Shown piece after piece: positions 1-12,027 of a stretch of DNA of 64,000 bases. Each line of letters begins with the position of its first letter. Within the stretch, counting starts at the first letter, position 1. Under the pieces are notes generated by a model. The model was not told the DNA's origin, made no database searches, and saw nothing but the letters and a program-made list of their open reading frames with translations. The stretch is from NCBI RefSeq assembly GCF_009914755.1, contig NC_060947.1, one strand, 5' to 3'. Source of the DNA: the human T2T-CHM13v2.0 reference genome, Homo sapiens. Made by a program: the position numbers and the translations under genes.

Positions 1-247
1 GAAAGAGGAGGGGTGGGTAAACTACTTGGAAAGAAAGGGAGAAGGACTGAGAAGATGGCAATGGGAGTGGGGAGGAAGGGGCTGATTGCCTTTGTGACCT
101 CACTACCAAACATACTTTGCTCACCTCCAGATAAGTCTTTGTGGGGCAAATGCAGGATAAAGAAACAGCTCATAAGAGGCACTTGCCAACATCCAACAAA
201 TTCAGTTCAAAACCACAGAAAATCTAGGAGTCTCCAAAGAAAATCAC

Positions 248-520
248 AGTCCTGCTGTGTTGCCGAGGCTGGAATACAATGGCACGATCTTCATTCACTG
301 AAACCTCCGTCTCCTGGTTCAAGCGATTCTTGTGCCTTGGCCTCCCAAGAAGCTGGGATTACAGGCATGCACCACCACACCCGGCTAACTTTTGTATTTT
401 TAGTAGAGACGGGGTTTCACCATGTTGGCCAGGCTGGTCTTGAACTCCTAACCTCAAGTGATCCGCCTGCCTGGGCCTCCCAAAGTGCTGGGATTACAGG
501 TGTGAGCCACCGCATCCGAC
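248..520 (-). mobile_element. Alu (S-type, 3' end eroded) downstream of the IDS stop
   Basis: Reverse-complement Alu consensus (GCTAACTTTTGTATTTTTAGTAGAGACGGGG...CAAAGTGCTGGGATTACAGG). Confidence 0.9.
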
Positions 521-1287
521 TTCTAACGCACTGGGTTTTAACAAGCCCCTCAAGTAGTTCTGATGCTCCCTCATGTTTGTGAGCCACTGAATGAGGGCCA
601 TGCAAAATGTCTAGAATCACTAGTTCTGCTGTCAGCTAAACCACATGAAAGAACCCCTGCTCATGTGAAAGAGAGATTTCTACAAATAAAGTGACGGGAG
701 GACCACTAATAAGTTATGTCCAGCTTAGTGGGGTTGGGGAAAGGTTATATGAAGCAACAAAGATACAGTTTCTCTAAGCCAAGTAAAGGTAAAGAACTGT
801 GGAGCAGGCAATAAAGCCAAATGCACTGAACTATGTCATAAGGAATTTACAGGCTGTATTGTAAAAGCCACAGTGAACATGATGACAGCAACAACGAGGA
901 TGAAGAACAGCAAAGAAAAAGCTGAGGGAAACCATCGACCAAAGCAAGCGGAGGCTCAAAAGAGAGACGAGCTTCAGGATCAGGAAATGAACAGGGCCCT
1001 TCAGTCACGGAGAAGTCGTTGTTGCCAGAACAGTCAGTCACTTAACTGCTTAGAAGATCACCGTGTTACCATATAACCTCTATTGTAGGCTAATTAATTT
1101 TTAAAATCTGTCTAAAATTTACTGATTTTAATATAATATCTTGTCATTTTTGGCAACAATACACTGAAGTAACAATGTAGTTTGCTGTATTTTGTTTCAC
1201 AAATATTTACCTGGAAACACTGGAGACTTTGTAAAGAGAAAATTACTAAAAATTACTCCTTCACTACAGGACAGTAGATATTTAATA

Positions 1288-2224
1288 TTTATTTAGAAAG
1301 CTATTGACACTTCTGATGACTACTGATAACTGAGAAGATTCAACATGTTATAAATATGAGTTGTAAATATTCCATCCCTTTTGAGATTATATACACTAAG
1401 CTTTTTACTACCACTGGCCTTTCTGGATACTTTCATATTTAGAGAATATAGAACTACATTCTGGGAGATTGACAATGACCTAATATTACACTAATGAAAA
1501 GTCTTCACAGTCCTCAAAATAATTTAGAATTTAATGTTTTCTTTAATAAGCAATTAAAATGGAATATTTTCTGCCTCCTGAATAAATACATGTCTGTAAC
1601 CAACCATCCCTAAAGAAGGATACTAATATATTTTGAGTGATTCAATCCACCCATGGATATAGTCACATCTTTAAATGTTTTCCAGTGTGAACAACAGTCT
1701 TTTAATAGATGGCCATTGAGTTCAAGGGTCATATTATTTGCTAACAAATTATTATTTGGGCCAGAAAGTATCTGAAAAAAGTTTAACCAAATTTCCTACA
1801 CATCTCATATCTCTAGTTTATTAAGCATTATTTATTATTTGGTGTAAAAATTCTACATTAATTACTTCATACATATTTTATCTTGAGATTATGAAATCCC
1901 ATGGTCTTAGAAACAAAAGATAGACTTTAAGACACTGGCTTCTGCTATTTTTTTTTAACTTTAGATTTGAAAAAGAAACATGGATTACATGTTAACATAA
2001 TATTTTGAATATATAGGGCTCATAAGATATATTATTAAATTATAAACAAAATAATCAGGAACTTAGTGTGGTGCCTAGTTTGATATATGATTACTTTTTG
2101 AAATGCACTAAATTCCACAAATAATGAAAGTATTCTTTGTGTATAATGTTATGTTTGGTTATTATGTATGGTCTTCGTATCCAAAGGTATGACATAACTT
2201 GAGTTTGTTTGCTTTGTATTTATT
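1288..2224 (-). terminator. IDS: Tandem candidate poly(A) signals in the AT-rich IDS 3' UTR
   Basis: TTTATT on + (AATAAA on -) at 2219-2224, 1831-1836, 1817-1822 and 1288-1293; which are used cannot be read from sequence. Confidence 0.55.
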
Positions 2225-2487
2225 CAGTAAATAAGCCGTAACTGTTTTAAAAAGAGGGAAATTAAAAAAAAAACTGGTCCAATTACCAATTATAAATTTT
2301 AATAAAGACTAAACGAAAAGGTTTGGCTGTTACATATTCTCAGGCCAAATTGTTGATGCATGTTTGGATTAACTAGCCCTCAGGCTGCTTCCAATATTAT
2401 GGGTAATCACAAAACGACCAGCTCTAACTCCTCCTCTCACCAGCTGGAAGGGAGCACATCACATTTGCCATCCATGGTTGGCAAAAC

Positions 2488-2960
2488 TCAAGGCATCAAC
2501 AACTGGAAAAGATCTCCACCTTGGGAATCATTATACATATTGTGATCCTGCAATGGGTCAGAATCCACAAAATACAGTTCCCCTGCATGGATGTCAGAAA
2601 AGTTAGCTAGAAATTCATCAGGATTGAAGCCAACCCACACAGTATACCTATAGTCTATGGTGCGTATGGAATAGCCCATGATCTTTATATCTTTTAAACT
2701 CGGCTTGTCAGAATTCCACTGAGGGATGTCTGAAGGCCGGGGATACTGGCTATAGGCAATCAGTTCACGGGGATTACCAGGGAGGTACGGATCCTCTTCC
2801 AAGTCACGGAATCGAAAATGCTTCAGAAGGTTCTTGCCTTCTCTGCACAGCTCAACGTGAAATGAAGGAACGGGGCAGCGAGGTGGAACCTGCAGTCCTG
2901 CAAGTCCAGCCAGCGTGGGAAAAAGAGACACAAGTTCCACAAGGTCCATGGATTGCCTGC
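2488..2960 (-). CDS. IDS: IDS exon 9 coding part (GRQSMDLVEL...DLFQLLMP*)
   Basis: Acceptor TTTCAG|GCA; TGA at 2490-2488; 473 nt; total CDS 1653 nt. Confidence 0.98.
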
Positions 2961-3369
2961 CTGAAACAGGAAGCGACAGAGCAGAATGGGTTACATTATA
3001 AAAGCCTGCCATGGCCAGGCAGGAGCAGTAAAGGAACCTGTCTGGGCTCCATATGTTTTCTTTTTTTAATTTACAACATTTATCTTTAGCAACAGACGTT
3101 TAGAAACACCACCTCGGCACCTCACCCTGCATTAATTACTCATCCAATCAAATAGCAGGATGCAAAATTAGGGCCCCACGAGGCTGTTGGCGCTTTTTAA
3201 AACAACCTGAATTTTGGAACCACCGATTTAATAACTGACTCAGACAAGGATCATCAATTAAGGCTACAACCACTAGGTAAAAGAGTCTGTTGAGGAACAG
3301 GATATTCTGACTCCCACAGGATCACCCCACACATTACTCCCTTCTGGATGTCTGCATTAGAGTTATCTT

Positions 3370-4437
3370 TGCATTTTATTACGATCAAATACACACACCA
3401 TGACATTTACCATCGTAACCACTTTTTAGTATACAGTTCAGTGGAATTAAGTACACTTATACTGTTGTGCCATCATTACCACCATCTATCTCCAGAACTC
3501 CTCTTAATTTACACAACTGAAACTCTGTCCCCATTAAGTAACAACTCCCCTTTCTCCATCCTCACCCAGCAACTGGAAACCACCATTCTACTTTCTATGT
3601 CTATGAACTGGACTACTCTAGATACCTCATAGGAGTGGGATTATACAGTATTTGTCCTTTTGTGACTGACTTTTTTCACTTAGCATAATGTCCTCAAGGC
3701 TCATCCATGATGTAGCATGTGTCAGTTTCCTTCCTTTTTAAGACTGAATAATATTCCATTGCATGGACGGACCACATTTTGTCTGTTCTTCTGTCAATAG
3801 ACATCTGAATTGCTTCCACTTTCTGGTTACTGTGAATAGTGCTGCTATGAACAGTAATGTACAACCTTTGATTGAATACCTGTTTTCAGCTCTGTGGATA
3901 TATACCTAGGAGTGGAACTTCTGGGCCATAGAGTAATTCTATGTTTAACTCTGAGGATCCACCAAATTCTTTTCCACAGTGGCTGCACCATTTTACATTC
4001 TTACCAGCAATGCACAAGTGTTCCAATTTTTCCATATAATCACTAACACTCTTAACACTTGTTTCATTCTTTTTTTTTAGACGGGGTCTAGCCCTGTCTC
4101 CAGGATGGAGTTCAGTGGCGCAATCTCGGCTCAGCTCACTGCAACCTCCGTCTCCCAGGTTCAAGTGATTCTCCTGCCTCAGCCTCCTGAGTAGCTGGGA
4201 TTACAGGCATGCACCGCCACACCCAGCTAATTTTTGTATTTTTAGTAGAGATGGGGTTTCTCCTTGTTGGCCAGGATGGTCTTGATCTCCTGACCTCGTG
4301 ATCCGCCCACCTTGGCCTCCCAAAGTGCTGGGATTACTGGCGTGAGCCACCGCGCCCAGCCTTTCACAGCTTTTGTTGTTGTTTTTTATTAATAGCCATC
4401 CTAGTGGGTATGAAGTAGTATTTCATTGTGGTTCATC
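3370..4437 (-). mobile_element. Old L1 (L1MB-like) 3' fragment in IDS intron 8, interrupted by an Alu
   Basis: L1M 3' end motifs (TTTCACTTAGCATAATGTCCTCAAGG, GGCTGCACCATTTTACATTC). Confidence 0.8.
4070..4361 (-). mobile_element. AluS (Sc-like) in intron 8
   Basis: Full Alu consensus on the minus strand with poly-T on +. Confidence 0.92.
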
Positions 4438-6666
4438 CATATTTAAAGTCTAAATACTGTACTTTATATTGATTCCTGTTAAAATTGAAATTGGATTTGC
4501 ACTACCATTCTGGCCCTTCTGGATCTTTAAGACAGTGCTTTATCATGCTTGATTTCATTTTCTAGACACTTAATTTTTAAGTAAAATAAAAAGAAAACAA
4601 GTAAAGAAAGTTGAAAAAGGTACCTTTACAATGGCAAGATCTGGCTGATGCTAGCTAGCTCTTCAACCGAGTGTTCAAACTTACAATACTAGTAACGCTG
4701 GCCATGAAGTGCCCCCACCATGTGACACAATGGGAGAATACAACAGCCCATGTAGCACACGTGTCAAAAATGTTACCCTGAATGTAGTCATGTGGAAGCA
4801 ATCAGATAAATCCAGGCTGTGGGACACTGTTATAGGACAACTGGCCTGGATACTTATAAAAAGATGAGGTCAGGGAGATAATGGGGCCAGAACATGTAAG
4901 GCCACTGTGACGACTTTTACTCAGATCAAGAAGGGTACATAAGAGGCTCCTGTGCCGGGCTGTGACATGACTTGACTTGGGTTTTAATGGAATCACTGTG
5001 GCTGCTCTGAGGAGGAAAACCTCCAAGGGATCCAGGGCACAAGCAAGGGGACCATTTAGCAAGCTCTTGCAGTACTTCAGCACAAGACAGTGGCAGTCTG
5101 GTCCAAGACAGTGGCAGGCGAAGTGGTGGGAAGTGGTACACAGAGTCTGAATGGAGTGTGACAGGCTTTCTCATAGACTGAATATTGCATATGGAGTAAG
5201 AGAAGAACAGGGGTTGAGATTATTCCATGATTTTTTGGCATGAGTGACTATTCTCATTTCTTGAGGACAAGAAGAGTGTTGAAGGAAAAGCTGAAGATGA
5301 AAGATGTGAAGTCCAGCTTTGGATATGTTAGGCTGGCTAAGTGGGAAAGACTATTGGAAACAAAAGTCTGAAGTTCAGGGAAAAGACACAGCTAGAGATA
5401 AAATTTGGAAATAAACTGAAAGGCCGTGCAGTTACATCAATTTCTAAATTGCTGAACACTTCCCAACAAAAGTTTCAGAAAAGATTCTCAACCAATCAGA
5501 AGATCTTTCCCAGCAAACAAAGGGCTAAAATCATGCCTTGAAACTGTTTAACCTTTCTATCAATGACATGAAAGAAGACAGGACATGCAGTGCACAAAAA
5601 TCAAAGTGCAAAAAATAAAATTGGGTAGTATAAAGCAAGCTCAGAAAGATCCAGAAAGGCCTGAATGATGGTCCAGAACCAAGACAAATTTAAACAGGAA
5701 TCAATATACAGTACAAGATTTAGATGTTAAGGATGGATTAAATGCTTAAGTCCAGAAAGGGGGCAATCTGGTTTAGCATAGTTCATAGAAGAGGCACTCC
5801 AAAAAGAGCAAACGTCATACGTCATTTCAGAGACAGTGTACAACCTGTCCCTGAAATGCACTGGGCAGATCAAGTCAGGATAGAACTCACAAGAACCCAT
5901 ACAGGTTGCCCACACATCCAGGAGGGGTATCTGGTCCAACTGGTATTCTGGAAGTGCTTTCTCAAACTGAAACTTTTTGGAAGACAGAGACCAGGACAAC
6001 CACGCGTCTAAACACTACCTTGTGACGAATGGTTGAAGGGCTGGGGATTTCAGCCTAGAGAAGAGAAGATATTGGTGGATGGACAGGGTCGGGGGCATCA
6101 GTGCTGTTTTCAAAGCTTTGAAGGACTGGCACATGGAAGTCAAAGTAAACTTGCCCTTCACTGCTGGGGAGGGCAGAGTAGAATCACCTGGTAGATTTTA
6201 CAGATCTAGTGGTTCACTAGATTGATGAGCTGTCAAAATGGAAAATGTGCCCCCCACAAAGAAGGCTGAGTCCCTACCAAAAGTGCGCATCGAGGGAAAG
6301 GATTCTCCTCGTCTGTTACGGGGGCAGCCCCTTACTCTAAGCTCTGGAGCAGGCTCTTGTAGACTGTACCACAGCCCTCCCCATCTTGGGGATGCACCTG
6401 TTCCTTTGTCCATCATCATCCCACAAGGCTCCTTGTGGACAGGGGCCATACTTGTCAATTCTGGTTCTGTCACTCTTTCCCCGCCCAGAGTATGGGAGAT
6501 GCTCAGAAAGCGTGTGCTGACCACAAAATGTTGAGAAGAAATTCCAACACAAGGCAGGAAGGGGGGGTCTGTGTAACCCCCAAAGCCTATGATTCAATAA
6601 AGTGGTTCACATATAAACTAAAGGTGATCTTACTGTCAAGCAATATCATTTCAGCATATTTTATAC

Positions 6667-6840
6667 CTGGCTCCATCAACTGTGAGGCGGAATCAAAAGG
6701 GTCGAGGTAAGGGAAAAGCTTCTCGCCTGCCTCCGGAAGTGAAGCCGTCCTTCCAGGAACATAGAATATCAGGGGAACATGGGTAGCAACATCAAAATTG
6801 CTGTATTTGGCCCATTCTCCATGTTCACCTAGAGCCCACC
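6667..6840 (-). CDS. IDS: IDS exon 8 (GWALGEHGEWAKYSNF...SQLMEP)
   Basis: Acceptor AACTAG|GGT, donor CAG|GTATAA; 174 nt. Confidence 0.98.
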
Positions 6841-7029
6841 CTAGTTCATAAAAAGCACAGAATGACAGAAAATGAATAATCATCATACCACAGCTTGTTT
6901 ATTTTAGATACCATTTCATTTCCTGTTGTAAAAACCAGAGGAAGTAGAAACTCATCACCTAGAAGAAAAATATTCACTTGGAATTACCACAGAAAGGGTT
7001 ATTTCAACTGAATGCTGCTTTATTCAAAA

Positions 7030-7055
7030 TCAGGTATTTGTCCTCATGAGGAAAC
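7030..7055 (-). CDS. IDS: IDS alternative terminal exon (7b), coding part: short isoform ending ...SDHG-FLMRTNT* (343 aa)
   Basis: T-rich tract then TTTAAAG|GT TTC CTC ATG AGG ACA AAT ACC TGA, in phase with exon 7; AATAAA (minus) at 7019-7024 and 6898-6903; agrees with the recalled C-terminus of the short IDS isoform. Confidence 0.85.
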
Positions 7056-10032
7056 CTTTAAAAAAGAAAAAATAATTAAATTCCCAAACTCAAATATCTT
7101 AACAAACTACTAGCAACATATACCTAACGTAGGACTCTGTGGCGGTTCCCACACATGCGTTCCTCCCCTGCTAAGACATGCTCATTCTTGACAGGCTGGG
7201 AACCCTGAAAGCTGTAGTGTCACCACTGCCCTGTCCTGTGCCTACCTGTCTTTTGACTCATGCCCTACGAGGTCAGGTTTTCAGTTTGGGGTATGTGCCA
7301 CCTAACAGTGAGCTGTGGAACTGCAACACACTCGGCAAATTCAAAAAAGACAAGGACATCTTCGTTGATTTTTAAGACATACCATAGATAGGGTAAACCA
7401 AAACCTCTCATTTCAGATCCTTAACCTCAATTAAAAACAACCCTTCATGCCTATTTAAAACATCCCTTGCAAAAGATGGTTTGAATATTCCAAGTTGGAA
7501 ATACCCAGTCTTTTAAAGTTACAGCACCCTTTTTGATACAAAAAATGTGCATGACAGAAATTGTACAGTGAGTAGTGTTATAAAAATAACCAAACACACC
7601 AAAAGCTGCCACGGGTAAATTTGAGAAAGTGTTGAAATGTACCGCACAGCATGAGACCTTGCTGGCTCCGTCTAATAGATGACGCTGGGGCTGCAAATGA
7701 TGTCCCAGCCTTCCAGGGCCTGTGGTCTCCAGAACAGGGCTGAAACCTGTTCTGAGTTGACAGTGCTTTCCCAAGGAGACCCCAAGTTGAGAGGACCCTC
7801 TTACCCACTCATCAATAATCAAAGCAGACTTGATGCCCATCAGAGATGCCCAATGATTCTGGTGAGCCGTTCCTCCCTCTGGCTGTCAGTACTGGGGAGT
7901 ATGGTGGGGACTTTCAGATAGCTCAGTGGAGCTCAGAAAGAGAGGGAGTTCCCCCTGACACCCGCCCCAGTCAGTAAGCCCCGGGGCCTGAGGGGCATCC
8001 CCACTGCTCGACCTCTCCACTCTCTCGGGGAGGACGAGGCAGCCTTGACCCACGAGGGCTGATGAATGGGTAGGTTATCGGCAGGCTCCTAGGCCACCAG
8101 CTTAGAGGTCACATTGTCCCTTTTAGATTCAGTGTGGCGGGAATCTAAAAGGTCAAGGATCGAGAAGCCTGCAGGATGGCAACGTGAGGGAACCTGGCAG
8201 TGCGACCTCAGGAATCCACTCCCGGAACTCTGACTGGGGTGCCTGTGGAGGCTCTGAAGGTACAGCAGCCAGGCGCTCTGTGGCATTCTGAATACTGGCA
8301 CGCAGCCTTCGGCCTCTGCCAGCTTTTGTGAGCTGCCCTGCACCAGGCAGAGGGGGCCCCCAGGCCTGGCACAGGGTCTGACACATGGCAAATGCTACAG
8401 AAATAGCTGTGGACCGCCTGACTGCAAGATCGTATTGAACATCTGGTGCCGGGCCTCAGCCTGTGCTGCTGCAGCCAGGAGCAAATACGGGGAAGTCTGG
8501 CTAAGGAGAACGCGTGCCTGTGTGGGCCCCAAGGATCCATCTCCAGATCAGGAGGAACAAGCCCGATGACCTTGACAGGCAGCTCAGGAGGTTTCTGGCT
8601 CCTGCCCCAGAGGCCCAAGATGAGGACGTGGCAACATAGGGAGGCCCAGGGAATGATGAGCTCAGGGAGAGGTGGCCAGACCACCTGAGACACCTGTTAA
8701 AGTGCACTTTCCCATGCCCAGAACTGCGAGCTCCTGAGACCAGTTGCAGAAACCAGCATGTTTTACTGGCTCCCAGGCGGTTCTGATGGAGGATGTCCCA
8801 GGAGGGGACTCTGAGATGGGCTATTTGTAATCTACGGCAACTGCCTCACAACAGAGTGTGTTCGTGGAGAAGAGGAAACTGGGCACCGAGGGCTCAGAAG
8901 CAGATGGCAGATAATCAGGAATATGTGAAAAATTATGGCACCTCCATATATAATAAAATATTACAGACATTTCTAAGGGAAAAGGTAGGCTTCTGAGAAA
9001 TGACACAGAGATTGCCTATGACATTAAGTGTACAAAACCAGGGAACGTTAACAGTACACACAGAACAAGCAATCACATCTTGTGACATACATGTTACAAA
9101 CATACACATGTATAACATATATCCCTGTGTGCATATGTGCACAACTGATGGCTGGCAGATGGATCCCTAATCCATTGTCATCTGTTAGCCCTGAGCAGGT
9201 GGGAGAAAAGGGCAGGATGTTCTGGCCCTGAATTACATGCTCTGTATCCTTTTTTCTTTTCATGATAAGCACATGTTATGATTTACTATTATCCTATTTC
9301 ATATTTGATGATATGAAAATTATTTTCCTTTCTCTAAGTATAACAGTATTATGGTTATACTTCAAAAGAGGCAATATTTTTCAGAGACAGTGATCGGAAA
9401 ATGGAACCATCTGGGATTTGCTTTGAAACAATTCAGAGATGGGGGAGTGGGTGAGGATGAGAGGAACAAGACTATGTGAGTGGGAAACGGGGGGAGCTGC
9501 TGTTTTATTCCCTGCTCTTGGAATGTTGAAGAATTTAAAAAATGCTTTTAAAAAGATAGTTTCATTTTTGGAAAAGTAGGAAACAGCCTTAGGGGGAGAT
9601 AAAGACTTGAAAAGCCCAGGCTCTCGGCAGAGAAGACAGCGGGGATAGGGGTGGGAGGGCTGGAGCCAGGCGTGAAGAGCTTGCTGGGCTCTGCCAGGAT
9701 TGTTCTGGATCCTCTCCACCCAAACTAAAAGTCCTCCAACCCTCCAGGTTAAAAATGGGGGTTACAAGAGCTCTGCCACACAAATGGAGGGTTCCTGCTG
9801 CATTCATCAAGAAAAAAAAAAAAGTTGCTACAAGACCCTCCCCCACCCACCCACACCTATCCGTCAAGCATCTAAGACAGAGGTCTCAGGACTAACAAGC
9901 TGATCATAAAAATGCCCCAGGATCCCACTTTGTTTGTGAACCACTGGTTCACAAAAGAGAACACACCCATGTTTATGTCAATGGCAATTTTGCAAAGCAT
10001 GTTTCACAGGAAAGTTCAGATGTTTTGACTCA

Positions 10033-10296
<264 letters not shown>

Positions 10297-10479
10297 TTAA
10301 TGATTTTCTCAGCCAAAATGTAACACTCCTTTCCCTACCATCAGCATCACTTCACCCACAGAGTCACAGCAAAATCTGTAGGTCTACAAATAAGATACAT
10401 TTCTAAGCAAATCAGATTTCACTTTAGGGCACAGATCACAGTGGATGAATGTGTCACCTACTGCTCTGTTGTTTTAAGC

Positions 10480-10870
10480 TGAAATGTATTGTCTCCTAGC
10501 TCTGGAGGCTAGAAGTCCAAGATCAAGGTGCTGGGAGGGCCATTCTCTCCCTGAAGGCTCTAAGTAGAAGAATCTTGCCTCTCCCTAGCTGGTGGTGGTG
10601 GCTGTCAGTCCCTGGCATTCCTCAGCTTGCAGCTGTATCACTGTGTCTCCATCTTCATGTGTTCTTCCCGTGTCTCTCTCCCCTCTTCTTAAAGGACACC
10701 GATCATATTGGATTAGGAGCCCACCTTACTCCAATATGACCTGATCTTAACTAATTACATCTGCAATAAACCTATTTCCAAATATGGTTACATTCAGCAG
10801 TACTGGGGGGTTAGGATGTCAACAGCCCTTTTCAGGGAAAAAAAAATTCATAATTTAACACATAACAGCA
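10480..10870. mobile_element. MLT1-family (MaLR) LTR remnant
   Basis: TCTGGAGGCTAGAAGTCCAAGATCAAGGTG and GATTAGGAGCCCACC...CTAATTACATCTGCAA motifs typical of MLT1. Confidence 0.75.
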
Positions 10871-11588
10871 ACCCTGACTGAGCCTTTCCCTCTGATCACT
10901 TGCTAACCCAACAGCAGATTACAACTGCATATCTTCATGAACTATGGCCGTTACGTGGAGCTCATTTCTAACAAACTGTCAGCAGGCAGGAGAAGAGCAA
11001 AGGAGATACCAGAGAGCAGCACGTCCTTCACAGTCCCTGAACCCAAGAGGCACTTTGGGAACAGCCAGATCATGCCCTGAAGTAAATGAGCCACCGGCCC
11101 CTCCTGGGCTGACTCTCATTCCCAACCTGGTTCACAAATGCTAAGGACAAAAATTAATCTTCCACCCCAAAGAGGGGTGAGAAGAGAGCCGTGTCTTCGC
11201 AGACCAGCCCCTGACTTATCAGCTGGACCCACCAGCTTCTTCTCATCACTGCCAGGGTGAGGACAATCATGAGACTCACCCGTTCTCACTTGCAGTCAAG
11301 AGAAAAGATATACATCTAGCCTTCCAGCAGGATTATGCTGAGCCCTGGCCTACTTATACTTTCTGGTAGATGAAGTCTTCAGTCTGAAACCTGTGGAACT
11401 TTGGTCCTCCTGGGGATGAAAGACACCTGTCAGGATGGCTATGTCCTATACAAAGGTATTCCCTCCTTCCTATGCTAGCCCCTGGACGTAAGGCAATAAG
11501 CAGACAAGGTCCTCACCCTTGATGAGCCACCCCATCCAGTGAGGACACAATCATGGAGACAAGAAAATGCTTAATTATCAGTGAGGCC

Positions 11589-12027
11589 TGCTGGGTCTGT
11601 CCTGCAGACCCTGGCCTATGGATGAAATGAGTACTCAGACACAGGTATGCAGCATAAGAGCAGCTAGGTTACTGCCTGGCTCTAGTGGCCAGAGAGCAGC
11701 CCCGAGAAGCTGGAGCTGCTGGCTTTTATTCAGTGCAGGCATAATGCCAAAAACCTAGAGCCAACCTGCAGGTAATTAACATTTATTGTTCCCCTTTCAG
11801 GGAACCTCACAAGCACAGACGATCAAAGGTCAGTTCCTGGTCAACATAAGTAAACAAGCCTGTTTAAGATAAATTCTCCCACACTCCCTTGTACCTACTC
11901 CTTGCCCTCTGCCTCAGGGTTATAGAACAGCTATTCTCCCCTGGGGCTCTGCAGAACCTTCTGACCTTTCAGAAGGTTTGCATCCTTTCCCTATAGTTTT
12001 TCCCACCACTCTGACCGATCCCCCACA
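11589..12027 (-). mobile_element. Solo ERVK-class LTR (LTR3/HML-6-like), 439 bp, in IDS intron 6
   Basis: TG...CA termini; perfect 6-bp TSD GAGGCC (11583-11588, 12028-12033); minus strand starts TGTGGGGGATCGGTCAGAGTGGTGGGAAAAACTATAGGG; AATAAA at 11725-11730 (-). Confidence 0.8.

Noticed and set aside
13-582. 189-aa ORF and other ORFs containing [22 protein letters not shown]
   Set aside because: Standard antisense-Alu translation
7451-8693. ORFs conserved between IDS intron 7 and 46401-47496 suggesting a hidden gene
   Set aside because: Identity in all frames reflects DNA-level duplication and conversion, not coding constraint
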